From Candidatus Scatosoma sp. (lineage in GTDB: Bacteria; Bacillota; Clostridia; Christensenellales; Borkfalkiaceae), in assembly GCA_045612895.1 (NCBI GenBank), contig JAZKZY010000122.1, positions 4,171 to 68,170 of the forward strand: a stretch of DNA of 64,000 nt. The letters run 5' to 3'. Of the stretch, positions 53,543 through 61,564 are shown in pieces. Every line of letters begins with the position of its first letter. Positions within the stretch are counted from its first letter, which is position 1. Made by a program: the position numbers and the translations under genes. The notes under the pieces were generated by a model that was not told the origin of the DNA, searched no databases, and worked only from the letters and a program-made list of their open reading frames with translations.

Positions 53543-53848
53543 ATGTTTCGCGAACGCGGAAAATATATTGATAAGAATGTGACCTATTCTTCGAAAAATA
53601 GAACAACATATAACTACTGGGCTAACCCAGAATTCTCAGTATTGAAAGAGGATTGGACTCTTATTTTGAACGATTGGGTTAATCGCAAACTCTATCTTTT
53701 TAGAATTCCGGCAAAAGCCATTTCACCACAGGAGCTGGTTGCCAGAAATGATAAGCCAAATCTCATCGATATTCAGATTCTTGAAGATAATCCCAGTTTC
53801 GTGGATAGAAGAAGTGAGTATAGTTTCAGAGATTTTTTGATTGATTAG
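53543..53848 (+). CDS. Hypothetical small protein (101 aa; 103 aa if started at 53537)
   Basis: GGAG at 53532-53535 is better spaced for ATG 53543 than for ATG 53537. I recognise no motif. It is the first gene of the operon. Confidence 0.55.
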   Translation: MFRERGKYIDKNVTYSSKNRTTYNYWANPEFSVLKEDWTLILNDWVNRKLYLFRIPAKAISPQELVARNDKPNLIDIQILEDNPSFVDRRSEYSFRDFLID

Positions 53849-53889
53849 ATTGATTATTAAACAAAAAAGACTAATAAAAAGGGGGTAAT

Positions 53890-55434
53890 ATGAGTAACGA
53901 TACAAGTATTTTCGCATTTATATTTGACAGCGGCAGACTTGGCGATATGTGGTATGGCCGAGTGGTTTTTGAATATATGATGAAGGGAAAAGAGCTAACT
54001 CGTAATCCCTCAAAGATGATAGTTTCTTTGGGCGATATTCCCATTTATAAGCGGTATATTGATATAGAGCCATATGTGATCAAAGATGAGTATTGCACAA
54101 TAGATTTTGATGCACAGAATAATACAACCTCGTTTAAGGACTATCCTTATTGCTGGATTGTTGAAGATTTATCGATTGATATAGCACAAGAGATAGACAA
54201 GCGATTGAAGGAAACGCTAAAAGGTTATGTTGGCTTATCTCGTATTGATTTTAGAAACGCATCGCCTAGACAGCAGTTTTGGAAAAATATGATTCGCGAG
54301 TTTACATTATTTCAAGATACTATTACATGCTTTCAAGATCCAGAACTTGAAGGTGCATTCATGTATTGGGAAATTGCCACGGAAATGGGTTATAAAATTG
54401 AGTATCAGGCAGATTATGTTTGCATAGAAGAATCGGCTTTACTTCAATCTAGCCATATCAAAGCGGATGATGATTTGGAAATTAAACAACCGAGGAAAAA
54501 AGACATGGAAAGGGATTTATTAACATTGAATTTTTCCATACGGCAGGAACTTCAAATCTCCGGAGTGCTGATTTGGCGTGCGATAAACGATTTGGATAAG
54601 GTGCGCTTTTTGGAGGAGAATCAATGCAACGAGCAACTTATAGAATATCCTTTTTTGGCTCTCTATCATTGCTCTCAAGGTGTAGAAAGAATTCAAAAAG
54701 CCATTATTGAATTGATTTGCAAGAAAAAGCATATTGAGGAAAAAGCAAAAGACGCGGTTTATGATTTGCTCTTTAGCCATTCACACGATAAATTAAATCA
54801 GTGGATTGAGCAGCAAGAAAAGATTAAGTTTAGCAAAAATTGCAGAAAACTTATTAACATACTTGTCAAGTTTTATAATTCTGTAAGATATGCAAGATAT
54901 TCTGATGATGGGTGTAACAAAACTACCGCACCAGAGTTTCAATTGCTTTTGGAATTAAAGAATAAGAATAGTTCGGATTTGGACAGTGATATAAAAAATA
55001 TATTTGGACGCTGTTTGGGAGAATTATGTCATATTTATTTTAATTTGTATTACGAACTTTGCTATGATTTAAATATTTATGCGTACGAATTGGAATATGA
55101 TTCGGCAGCTACGATAGTTTATCATATCAATGATAAGCCTGTTAATTTGTATGAAAAATTAAAGCAAAGGCAAAATGCAAAGAAAGAAGTTATATATTGG
55201 TTAATTAAAAAAGCAAGACAATATCCTAAATATTCTATGACTAAAGAAGCTCCTTTGAAATTCGATCCTGAAATGATTGAGGGCTTTTTGTCTGATTTGA
55301 TTTTTAACCCAGAAGATGGATATGGGTTCTTTGATGAAGTAGATTGTCTGTATGACAATTTGTGTGCTGAAAACAAGGCGAAATGGTTGGATAGATTAGA
55401 GATGCTGAACTATATTATTGACAGAGAGTATTGA
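53890..55434 (+). CDS. Hypothetical 514-aa protein (no family recognised), upstream partner of the OLD/UvrD pair
   Basis: Strong RBS AAAGGGGGTAAT. No signal peptide or TM helix. The C-terminal half looks helical. No nucleotide-binding or nuclease motif that I can name. Confidence 0.65.
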   Translation: MSNDTSIFAFIFDSGRLGDMWYGRVVFEYMMKGKELTRNPSKMIVSLGDIPIYKRYIDIEPYVIKDEYCTIDFDAQNNTTSFKDYPYCWIVEDLSIDIAQEIDKRLKETLKGYVGLSRIDFRNASPRQQFWKNMIREFTLFQDTITCFQDPELEGAFMYWEIATEMGYKIEYQADYVCIEESALLQSSHIKADDDLEIKQPRKKDMERDLLTLNFSIRQELQISGVLIWRAINDLDKVRFLEENQCNEQLIEYPFLALYHCSQGVERIQKAIIELICKKKHIEEKAKDAVYDLLFSHSHDKLNQWIEQQEKIKFSKNCRKLINILVKFYNSVRYARYSDDGCNKTTAPEFQLLLELKNKNSSDLDSDIKNIFGRCLGELCHIYFNLYYELCYDLNIYAYELEYDSAATIVYHINDKPVNLYEKLKQRQNAKKEVIYWLIKKARQYPKYSMTKEAPLKFDPEMIEGFLSDLIFNPEDGYGFFDEVDCLYDNLCAENKAKWLDRLEMLNYIIDREY

Positions 55435-55465
55435 AAAACGTTAGGTTGATACGACGGAGGTAGAG

Positions 55466-57475
55466 ATGTACATATATAAGTTAGCCATTAAAAACTTCAG
55501 AACTTTCGGTGCTGATGGTGTTAGTTTTTTGTTTAATAAGGGGATAAATGTAGTTATCGGTGAAAACAATAGCGGAAAATCGGCAGTAATTGATGCTATA
55601 CGGCTGGCTTTTTCAAGTGTTTCCTATAAAAAGGAAATTTATTTTAGTAAAACAGATTTCCATATAAGTTATGATGGACACAAAGCAACGAGCGCTAATA
55701 TAGACATTTACTTGAAGGATGTGCCTAAAAATTTAATTGAAATATGGGATCCTGAAGAATCTGAATGCGGGGAATTTCATGTGAGTTTTACATTAGAAAA
55801 AACGCCTTCGGGATATGAAAGAGTAAAATGTAAGGCATGGGGTGGCAAATGTGAAGGGAATACATTGTCAGCAGATACGTTGGAAGCAATCAACATAGCG
55901 TATTTGGGAGCATTGAGAGACGCAGAAAATGAAATGAAACCATCACGAAATAGTAAGCTTGCTATGTTGCTTGAAACACTTGCATCCACTCCCGAAGAAA
56001 AAGATAGTTTGGTTTCAAAATTGAGGAATGCAAATCAAGAAATATTAGAAACCGAGTCGCTTAATAGAACTAAACGAACGATTAATGAAAACTTGTTTGA
56101 TTTGGAACAACCTCTTTTACATCAACAAATAGATTTAGGATTGGTTGAACCTAAATTTGAATCTATTATGTCATCTTTGCGATCTTGGATTGTTCCGAGA
56201 TGGTATTTCGTTGAAAAAAACAATCCCCAATATAATGAAATTCTGTTATTGTTTGATTCTGATGATTTAAAATCATTAATCCAAGTTCAGGCAAACGGAG
56301 CATTTATTGATGTAGATGCCTTTTTAGAAAAAAAGAGCGAACTTTCATCCGAGCACAAAGGATTACTACTGTCTTTGAAAAAACATTCTTTTGAATTATA
56401 TCAAAACGGACTGGGATATAACAATTTGTTGTTCGTGTCTGCGGTTTTGGGAGATATGTCATTTGCTAAATCAGGTGTATATTCTAATCTGTTTTTGGTT
56501 GAAGAACCAGAGGCACACTTACATCCTCAATTACAAGAGCTTGTTCTCGGGTTCTTTTATAAAAAGGTGAAGCAATCTGATAATATACAGGTTATTATGA
56601 CATCACATTCTCCGACCTTAGTTTCTAGGATTGGTATTAAACATATAAATTTGCTCTACGAATATCAGCATATGATATTTAATTATCCATTTATTAATTG
56701 TTCGTTAGACGAGGAAGAACAGGATTATTTGGAAAAATATTTAGATGTTACCAAATCGCAACTATTCTTTGCAAAAGGCGTTATTTTTGTAGAGGGGATT
56801 AGCGAGGCGATTCTTTTGCCCGAGTTTGCAAAAGTAATAGGTCGGCCGTTAGATATGTATGCGGTAGAGCTTGTCAATATAAATGGCGTGGGATTCTCAC
56901 CTTTTGCAAAAATGATTAAAATCCCGAACGAAGATTATGGATTTGCTAAAGCTTCCATTATTACTGATGATGATAGATGCTCTGACAAAGATGACAAGAC
57001 TACATATATATCTAAAGACTTAGATTTTGAGGATGATCTCAGTGCGTTGAGCGAGAGAATTAATAAAGGAATTCCTTCGGACAGATATCAAAACATATTG
57101 ACGCTATGTAATGACAATGTAGTAAAATGTTATGGCGCTACCAAGACATTTGAATATGAATTAGCTCTTGTTGACAACAATGTGCCATATATTTTAGAAG
57201 CAATAGAATCAGTCTATCCGATCGTCGGTAAAAAGCTTAAGGAGAAAGTAGAAACTGAGTCAAACACTCAAATCAAAGCATTGATGATTTGGTTGTTTGT
57301 ACAATCTCGAAATTCTGCTAAAGCACAGATTGCTCAGGCTTTAGGACGCTTGCTAAAAAAACAGATTGGAAAAATTGAAAGCGGTGTGAGAATAGAAAAG
57401 CCTTTTGTGATACCAGAGTATATACAAAAAGCTATTTATAATGTAACAAAGGATGCTGAAGGAGCGAAGGAGTAA
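55466..57475 (+). CDS. gajA: OLD-family ATP-dependent endonuclease (ABC-type ATPase + TOPRIM), GajA-like
   Basis: RBS GGAGGTAGAG. Walker A GENNSGKSAVIDAI; Walker B/D-loop LFLVEEPEAHLHPQLQ; signature-like YQNGLGYNNLL; TOPRIM Glu in VIFVEGISEAILLP; DxD in IITDDDRCSD. Confidence 0.8.
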   Translation: MYIYKLAIKNFRTFGADGVSFLFNKGINVVIGENNSGKSAVIDAIRLAFSSVSYKKEIYFSKTDFHISYDGHKATSANIDIYLKDVPKNLIEIWDPEESECGEFHVSFTLEKTPSGYERVKCKAWGGKCEGNTLSADTLEAINIAYLGALRDAENEMKPSRNSKLAMLLETLASTPEEKDSLVSKLRNANQEILETESLNRTKRTINENLFDLEQPLLHQQIDLGLVEPKFESIMSSLRSWIVPRWYFVEKNNPQYNEILLLFDSDDLKSLIQVQANGAFIDVDAFLEKKSELSSEHKGLLLSLKKHSFELYQNGLGYNNLLFVSAVLGDMSFAKSGVYSNLFLVEEPEAHLHPQLQELVLGFFYKKVKQSDNIQVIMTSHSPTLVSRIGIKHINLLYEYQHMIFNYPFINCSLDEEEQDYLEKYLDVTKSQLFFAKGVIFVEGISEAILLPEFAKVIGRPLDMYAVELVNINGVGFSPFAKMIKIPNEDYGFAKASIITDDDRCSDKDDKTTYISKDLDFEDDLSALSERINKGIPSDRYQNILTLCNDNVVKCYGATKTFEYELALVDNNVPYILEAIESVYPIVGKKLKEKVETESNTQIKALMIWLFVQSRNSAKAQIAQALGRLLKKQIGKIESGVRIEKPFVIPEYIQKAIYNVTKDAEGAKE

Positions 57476-57477
57476 TT

Positions 57478-59232
57478 ATGTATGATTTTACAACAGAGCA
57501 AAAAGACTTTCTTTCTTCAGCAGGAAAAGTAGTATTACACGCATGTCCTGGCAGTGGAAAAACTACAGTTGTTGCTCAGAAAGTAATAAACTATTTAATG
57601 AGTTGGAATCGACCACACCAAGGCATTGCAGTGTTATCATTTACTAATGTTGCAAGTGAAGAAATTGCGCGGCAAGCGCGAGAGATATTACCTCAAGGAT
57701 ATGATATTGGAACACCTCACTTTGTGGGCACATTAGATAGTTTTATCGATAATTATATATTCTTGCGCTTTGGGTATTTGTTGTTAGAAACTCCGAAAAG
57801 ACCTTTGATTGCAACTAATGATATATCAAACGGTTATAGTTATTGGAGAGAGGATTGCTATAGAAATGGTTGCGTATCTAATATTGATCAATTTAAGTGG
57901 GAAGAAAATGGAGACTTATCCAAAAATGGAAATTCAATAGATTGCCCTGGAAGCGGAAGATATGCTCCACCATGTATTCAATTCAAAAAAATGATGCTCG
58001 AAAAAGGGCTATTTTTTCAAAATGAAATAGCAGGGTTAACCTGTTCATTATTGAAAAAATATTCTCTTATAGCTAAAAGTATAGCAGAGAGATTTCCAGT
58101 CATTATATTGGATGAAGCTCAAGACACATCTATAGAACAAATGGAAATTTTGGATTTGTTGTGCGAAGCGGGGCTGGAATCAATATTTATTGTAGGAGAT
58201 CCCGATCAAGCTATTTATGAGTGGAGAACAGCAGATCCAGAATCTTTTATGAAAAAAATGTATGACGAGAGTTGGTCGCATTTAACATTGTCTGAAAATT
58301 TCAGAAGTTCGCAATTAATATGTAACGCTACCTATGTTTTTTCAGATATATTGAAAGAAAGGTGTGCAAATGAAGCAAAGGGAAATTCGGCTAATTTCAC
58401 TCAAAAGCCAGTTCTCCTTCTTTATGAGAATGGTACGAGTAAAGATGCGATTATAACAAGATTCAATGAGTTGTGTAAAAACAATGATATAGAAATTTCT
58501 GCGGATAGTGTTGCTATAGTAACCAGAGGAAAAATACATTCTGATTATGATGTAAAAGATTTGTGGAAAACCCCGGAAACAGAGTTTTTGGCTAGAGCTT
58601 CTTACGAATGGTCGTACGGTAACAGAAGAAAAGCGTATGAAATTTGCGAAAAAGCAATATTTCAACTTGTTGTAAAGCCGTTTGAGAAAATTGATATTTC
58701 AATTGAGAAAGATGTTTCAAAGGTGGTACAATATGATGTATGGAAACAAATGATTATTGATATTCTTGTATCGTTGCCTTCTGCTGACGAAGCTTGCGGT
58801 TCTTGGATACAAAATACAAGAAATGCTGTTCAAAGCTCTATGGAAAACTATGGCGTGACATTACGAAACGGTATGGTGTTGATAGATGCGCTTAAAATTA
58901 AATCGCGAGACACTGAAAAACCTAATTACAAGGAATTTCCAGTAAAAGTCTTTTTTGAAAAGAAAATCCAAAGCGAGTACACAAAAGCCTCTGTCCATGG
59001 CGTTAAAGGCGAAACGTACGATGCGTTGCTTCTTTTGATTGAAAGCACAAGAGGAACTACACTTACTCCATCTTTTCTTGCTAGTGGCGACACAAGCAAA
59101 GAACTTATGAGAATTGCATATGTCGCAATGACAAGGCCACGTAAATTATTGGTTGTAGCCATGCCAAAAAGCAGAGTTGATCTTTCGAAAAGATTTCCTA
59201 GAGATAAGTGGGATTATATTGATCTTACATAA
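57478..59232 (+). CDS. gajB: UvrD/Rep/PcrA-type superfamily-1 helicase, GajB-like
   Basis: The start lies 2 nt after the upstream stop. Motif I ACPGSGKTT; II VIILDEAQDTS; III IVGDPDQAIYEWR; IV LSENFRS; V SVHGVKGETYDALLLL; VI IAYVAMTRPRKLLVV. Confidence 0.8.
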   Translation: MYDFTTEQKDFLSSAGKVVLHACPGSGKTTVVAQKVINYLMSWNRPHQGIAVLSFTNVASEEIARQAREILPQGYDIGTPHFVGTLDSFIDNYIFLRFGYLLLETPKRPLIATNDISNGYSYWREDCYRNGCVSNIDQFKWEENGDLSKNGNSIDCPGSGRYAPPCIQFKKMMLEKGLFFQNEIAGLTCSLLKKYSLIAKSIAERFPVIILDEAQDTSIEQMEILDLLCEAGLESIFIVGDPDQAIYEWRTADPESFMKKMYDESWSHLTLSENFRSSQLICNATYVFSDILKERCANEAKGNSANFTQKPVLLLYENGTSKDAIITRFNELCKNNDIEISADSVAIVTRGKIHSDYDVKDLWKTPETEFLARASYEWSYGNRRKAYEICEKAIFQLVVKPFEKIDISIEKDVSKVVQYDVWKQMIIDILVSLPSADEACGSWIQNTRNAVQSSMENYGVTLRNGMVLIDALKIKSRDTEKPNYKEFPVKVFFEKKIQSEYTKASVHGVKGETYDALLLLIESTRGTTLTPSFLASGDTSKELMRIAYVAMTRPRKLLVVAMPKSRVDLSKRFPRDKWDYIDLT

Positions 59233-59390
59233 CAAACTGGCAGTAATCGCAACTCGTTATTACCGCCTTAATACTACCGAAAAGTAGCCGAAAATGAGCT
59301 AAAAATATCCGTAAGTAGTCAAATATGTGGTCAAAGGCGAAAAATGGGCTTGTGGGGCCCTGAAAGTAGGGAAGAACAAGCCCATTATGT

Positions 59391-59430
59391 ATATCGCGAA
59401 AACGCGAGATTTCGCGAGGATTTGCGAGAT
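59391..59430. repeat. Four phased 10-nt repeats (consensus nnCGCGAGAT)
   Basis: ATATCGCGAA / AACGCGAGAT / TTCGCGAGGA / TTTGCGAGAT in tandem. TTTGCGAGAT also occurs at 52067-52076 near the other island end. Confidence 0.5.
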
Positions 59431-59469
59431 AAAAAAAAGAAATTCGGAGGTTCGTTATGAACCTCCGAA
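59431..59469 (-). terminator. Minus-strand rho-independent terminator following the tRNA-like fragment
   Basis: TTCGGAGGTTC (59443-59453) / GTTAT / GAACCTCCGAA (59459-59469). The A8 tract on the + strand gives a T-run on the minus strand. Confidence 0.65.
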
Positions 59470-59470
59470 C

Positions 59471-59498
59471 TGGTCTGAGTGACAAGACTTGAACTTGC
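59471..59498 (-). pseudogene. tRNA-like 3' fragment (T-arm + acceptor 3' strand + ACCA) with no 5' half
   Basis: The reverse complement reads GCAAG-TTCAAGT-CTTGT-CACTCAG-A-CCA. No matching CTGAGTG acceptor 5' strand or canonical anticodon arm occurs in the next 90 nt. Confidence 0.45.
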
Positions 59499-59632
59499 GG
59501 CCTCTACCACCCCAAGATGCTTAATCCAAATTTATTGTTGGATGAGCCCAATTTACTTGCAAATTTTATAAAAAAGGGATATAATTAAAAAGTCGTTGAT
59601 AAAAGCACGACTAAAAAGATAGAAATATAAAT

Positions 59633-59679
59633 AAAAAAACGCCGATTTTTGACTACAATAAAAAGTGTATCAAAAATCG
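59633..59679 (-). terminator. Terminator downstream of the intact tRNA-Trp
   Basis: CGATTTTTGA (59643-59652) pairs with TCAAAAATCG (59670-59679). A T7 run follows on the minus strand. The loop is large (17 nt). Confidence 0.5.
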
Positions 59680-59709
59680 ACATCCTTCCATTTGGCAGGG
59701 GCTATAAGA
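59676..59709. repeat. Island-bounding direct repeat, tRNA-proximal copy
   Basis: ATCGACATCCTT + 5 nt + TGGCAGGGGCTATAAGA, matching 51951-51983. Confidence 0.8.
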
Positions 59710-59766
59710 ATTGAACTCATCTCATTGGTTTTGGAGACCAAGGCACAACCACTATACCAAACCCCT
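59693..59766 (-). tRNA. tRNA-Trp (anticodon CCA)
   Basis: The hand-folded reverse complement is 74 nt. Acceptor AGGGGTT/AGCCCCT (one G-U); D arm GTAT-AGTGGTT-GTGC; anticodon arm TTGGT-CTCCAAA-ACCAA; T arm ATGAG-TTCAATT-CTTAT; G discriminator and encoded CCA. Confidence 0.85.
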
Positions 59767-59779
59767 AAACAACGAGCCT

Positions 59780-59808
59780 ATTATATAACAAAAAAATTGA
59801 TTTGTCAA
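59780..59808 (-). promoter_or_regulatory. Consensus sigma-A promoter for tRNA-Trp
   Basis: On the minus strand: TTGACA (59808-59803), 17 nt, TATAAT (59785-59780), 14 nt before the tRNA 5' end. Confidence 0.7.
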
Positions 59809-59873
59809 TTATTTTTTGATATAGTTTTGTGAAAAATTTTCAAATTAAAAAAAATCTTTTCGGCAGGTTTAAA

Positions 59874-60386
59874 ATGAGCGAAAAAAAGAAGGTGATTTTA
59901 TATACGGACGGTGCGTGTTCGGGCAATCCTGGACTTGGCGGCTATGCAGGGATTTTGATATATGGAGAGCATCGTCGTGAATATAACGCAGCGGAAAAAC
60001 AAACCACGAACAATCGTATGGAGGTTTTGGCGGTTATAGAGGGCTTAAAACGCCTGAAATATCCTTGTATAGTGGATGTTTACAGCGACTCCGCTTACAC
60101 GGTTAATGCCTTTTTAAACGGCTGGATTTACGCGTGGAAAAAGAACGGGTGGAAGAAAGCAGATAAAAAGCCCGTTCAAAACGTGGATTTATGGGAAGAA
60201 TTGTATGCCCTTACCCAAAAACACGAGGTTACCTTTCATAAGGTAGCAGGGCATGCAGATAATGAACTGAACAACCGCTGTGACGAGTTGGCTCGCGCGG
60301 CGATTGTGGACTTGCGTGCAAGCTTACCGCCTGAAGAGTTGGCTGAACTTGAAAATATTCCGCAAAAAGAGGAAGAAGAGGCGTAA
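59874..60386 (+). CDS. rnhA: Ribonuclease HI
   Basis: LYTDGACSGNPGLGGYAGIL, TNNRMEVLAVIEGL, DSAYTVNAF, VTFHKVAGHADNELNNRCDELA (the DEDD catalytic pattern). The ORF track starts at GTG 59829; ATG 59874 gives the usual N-terminus. Confidence 0.9.
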   Translation: MSEKKKVILYTDGACSGNPGLGGYAGILIYGEHRREYNAAEKQTTNNRMEVLAVIEGLKRLKYPCIVDVYSDSAYTVNAFLNGWIYAWKKNGWKKADKKPVQNVDLWEELYALTQKHEVTFHKVAGHADNELNNRCDELARAAIVDLRASLPPEELAELENIPQKEEEEA

Positions 60387-60426
60387 AGCAGTTATACTTT
60401 GGCTGTTATTTTGCTATACTAATACT

Positions 60427-61371
60427 ATGGCAAAAGGCGAAAGAGAGAAACTGGATAAGAAGGATAGAAGTAAAATGCGGGGGGCATGGCTCACTTTGAC
60501 CGCATTTTTTTCTTTGTCCATTGCAGGGATAATCCTTTCCATATTATGTTTGTCAAATACGACCATAGCCATTGTTGTCAAATATAATACGCTGTGCAGG
60601 GTGTTGTCCATTTTATTCTTTTTAGGGTTGTGCGCAGCGGCAATTTGGTTGGCTATTCTTCGCAAAGACGTTGCGGTAAAAATGCTATTTACTATTTATT
60701 TTTTACTTCTGTTTGCTCTTTCCCTTGTCTTAATTTTTCAAAAGACGGGATTTTTTGACCTGATTTCTACCTCTAACGGATTGCAGGCGTATATAGAAAG
60801 GGCAGGTATTTGGATGCCGCTTTTGTATATTTTACTGCAGTATTTTCAGGTGATAATTTTACCGATCCCGAGTATCGTCAGTACGGTTGCAGGCGTTGCA
60901 ATATTTGGCGCATTCAAAACAATGATATTCAGCTTGACGGGGATTTTGCTTGGCTCTTTTACGGCGTTTTTTATCGGTAGAAAGTTAGGGAATAAGGCGG
61001 TTGTTTGGATTGTAGGGGAAGAAATCTTAGAAAAGTGGCAAAAAAAACTGAAAGGGAAGGATAATCTTGTTTTAACGATTATGTTTATTTTGCCCTTATT
61101 TCCTGATGATATTTTATGCTTTGTGGCGGGTTTATCCTCTATGAGCAATCGTTACTTTATCACAATGACGACGGTTACACGTGCAATCGGGATAACGGCA
61201 ACCTGCTATTCGTTTGACTTTATTCCGTGGAATACCTGGTGGGGTCTTTTGATTTGGGCAGCGTTGATTTTGGGGGTGATTACGGTCTTTATACTTGTGT
61301 ATAAAAAGATGGATTCCTTACAGGCATTTTATAAAAAATTGAGAAAGAATCAAAAAAACAGCACAAAATAG
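60427..61371 (+). CDS. TVP38/TMEM64 (DedA/SNARE-associated) family membrane protein
   Basis: Polytopic protein with QVIILPIPSIVSTVAGVAIFG, FFIGRKLG and LPLFPDDILCFVAGLS. The listed ORF start at 60280 overlaps rnhA and is unlikely. The real start (60427 or 60475) is uncertain. Confidence 0.75.
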   Translation: MAKGEREKLDKKDRSKMRGAWLTLTAFFSLSIAGIILSILCLSNTTIAIVVKYNTLCRVLSILFFLGLCAAAIWLAILRKDVAVKMLFTIYFLLLFALSLVLIFQKTGFFDLISTSNGLQAYIERAGIWMPLLYILLQYFQVIILPIPSIVSTVAGVAIFGAFKTMIFSLTGILLGSFTAFFIGRKLGNKAVVWIVGEEILEKWQKKLKGKDNLVLTIMFILPLFPDDILCFVAGLSSMSNRYFITMTTVTRAIGITATCYSFDFIPWNTWWGLLIWAALILGVITVFILVYKKMDSLQAFYKKLRKNQKNSTK

Positions 61372-61443
61372 TGGCGCGGTATAAATCATGCAAGCGTCAC
61401 TATCATTTTTTGCAAAAAAGAAGAAAATTTTTTTATTGAACAC

Positions 61444-61472
61444 TTGCAATTTGCTTTTATATGGTGTATAAT
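61444..61472 (+). promoter_or_regulatory. Promoter of the decarboxylase operon
   Basis: TTGCAA (61444-61449), 17 nt, TG-extended TATAAT (61465-61472). Confidence 0.55.
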
Positions 61473-61564
61473 GTTATTTGGTAGAAAGTTTGGCGAAATT
61501 TGGCACTTTTCGAAGGTGTTAAACAGCCAAAATCGTAACAAACGAAAATTTTGAAGGAGTAAAT

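Larger units (their letters stand above)
51984..59692. mobile_element. About 7.7-kb genomic island integrated at the 3' end of tRNA-Trp (no integrase present)
   Basis: It is flanked by the duplicated tRNA 3' end. By eye it is clearly more AT-rich than the neighbouring genes. Its cargo is an IS3 transposase plus a defence-type operon. Confidence 0.7.

Noticed and set aside
55466-57475. Alternative assignment of the ATPase as PARIS AriA or a Septu/Lamassu-type ATPase
   Set aside because: The ATPase and TOPRIM domains are in one polypeptide and the partner is a UvrD-type helicase. That fits class-2 OLD/Gabija rather than the split AriA/AriB or other ATPase systems.
59225-59485. An 86-aa minus-strand ORF between the helicase gene and tRNA-Trp
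   Set aside because: It spans the phased repeats, a terminator hairpin and the tRNA-like fragment. It has no RBS and a hydrophobic, low-information sequence.
51984-59692. The island considered as a prophage or integrative conjugative element
   Set aside because: It has no integrase, capsid, tail, terminase, relaxase or type IV secretion genes. At 7.7 kb with only IS and defence cargo, it is treated as a decayed or trans-mobilised island.
60280-60426. The N-terminal 49-codon extension of the TVP38-family ORF, which overlaps rnhA
   Set aside because: The extension is just the rnhA 3' end read in another frame. The membrane protein more plausibly starts at ATG 60427 or 60475.
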